A DNA stretch of 64,000 bases, from assembly GCA_028712365.1 (NCBI GenBank), contig JAQTQE010000002.1:22366-86365 (forward strand). The letters run 5' to 3'. The stretch is from a bacterium. Lineage in GTDB: Bacteria > CAYTYR01 > UBA6262. Made by a program: the position numbers and the translations under genes. The notes below the pieces were generated by a model, which saw nothing but the letters and a program-made list of their open reading frames with translations, made no database searches and had not been told where the DNA came from. This document shows positions 63,861-64,000 of the stretch, piece after piece (the stretch's first letter is position 1; the number at the start of each line of letters is the position of its first letter).

Positions 63861-64000
63861 ATCTGGAGTCTATTATGATTGTTACTGGGCCGTCATTCAC
63901 TAAACTCACCTGCATGTTGGCTCCGAAGATCCCGCTGGCTACGGGTACCTGCCCTCTTTTAAGACGATCCAGGAAGCTAAAATATAATTTCTGGGCTTTT
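63859..64000 (-). CDS. dtd: D-aminoacyl-tRNA deacylase (3' part only)
   Basis: Manual translation ...[24 protein letters not shown], the conserved DTD C-terminus with the GP motif. Confidence 0.9.
   Translation of the reverse strand, partial: KAQKLYFSFLDRLKRGQVPVASGIFGANMQVSLVNDGPVTIIIDSR

Overview
Chromosomal segment of a diderm bacterium (TonB-dependent receptor, LpoB, two PorV-like beta-barrel proteins), probably from a poorly characterised lineage; the phylum cannot be fixed from this window. About 60 housekeeping and accessory genes are present and all but one (PilZ, 2408-2755) lie on the minus strand. Recognisable modules: rex with its own operator; PPi-type phosphofructokinase; ECF A+T pair; LemA/GIDE; carboxy(nor)spermidine polyamine genes; a cobalamin-riboswitch-controlled btuFCDB-like operon; tRNA-Gly(CCC); PorV plus a 1010-aa FlgD/T9SS-CTD cargo protein; a dispersed oppABCDF set; a CC-adding-type tRNA nucleotidyltransferase; Macro-Nudix fusion; PilT; an M16 peptidase pair; Memo plus radical SAM; sppA; dtd. 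No integrase, transposase, prophage or CRISPR array was seen. Strongest candidates for undescribed biology: (1) a PilZ-led operon of two tandem [stand-alone ~8-TM sensor-like protein + ~80-aa soluble partner] pairs at 27657-30145; (2) a dense family of 7-nt-periodic, often inverted, junction elements (at least 10 loci), one pair of them lying in frame inside a CDS and some carrying nested CCTG...CAGG hairpin inserts; (3) a free-standing copy of the archaeal GatE insertion domain with a Lys-rich tail; (4) a YchF homologue that has lost all NTP-binding motifs; (5) a receiver-MshEN-like-CheX fusion. Family assignments come from motif recognition by eye; no database search or folding program was run.
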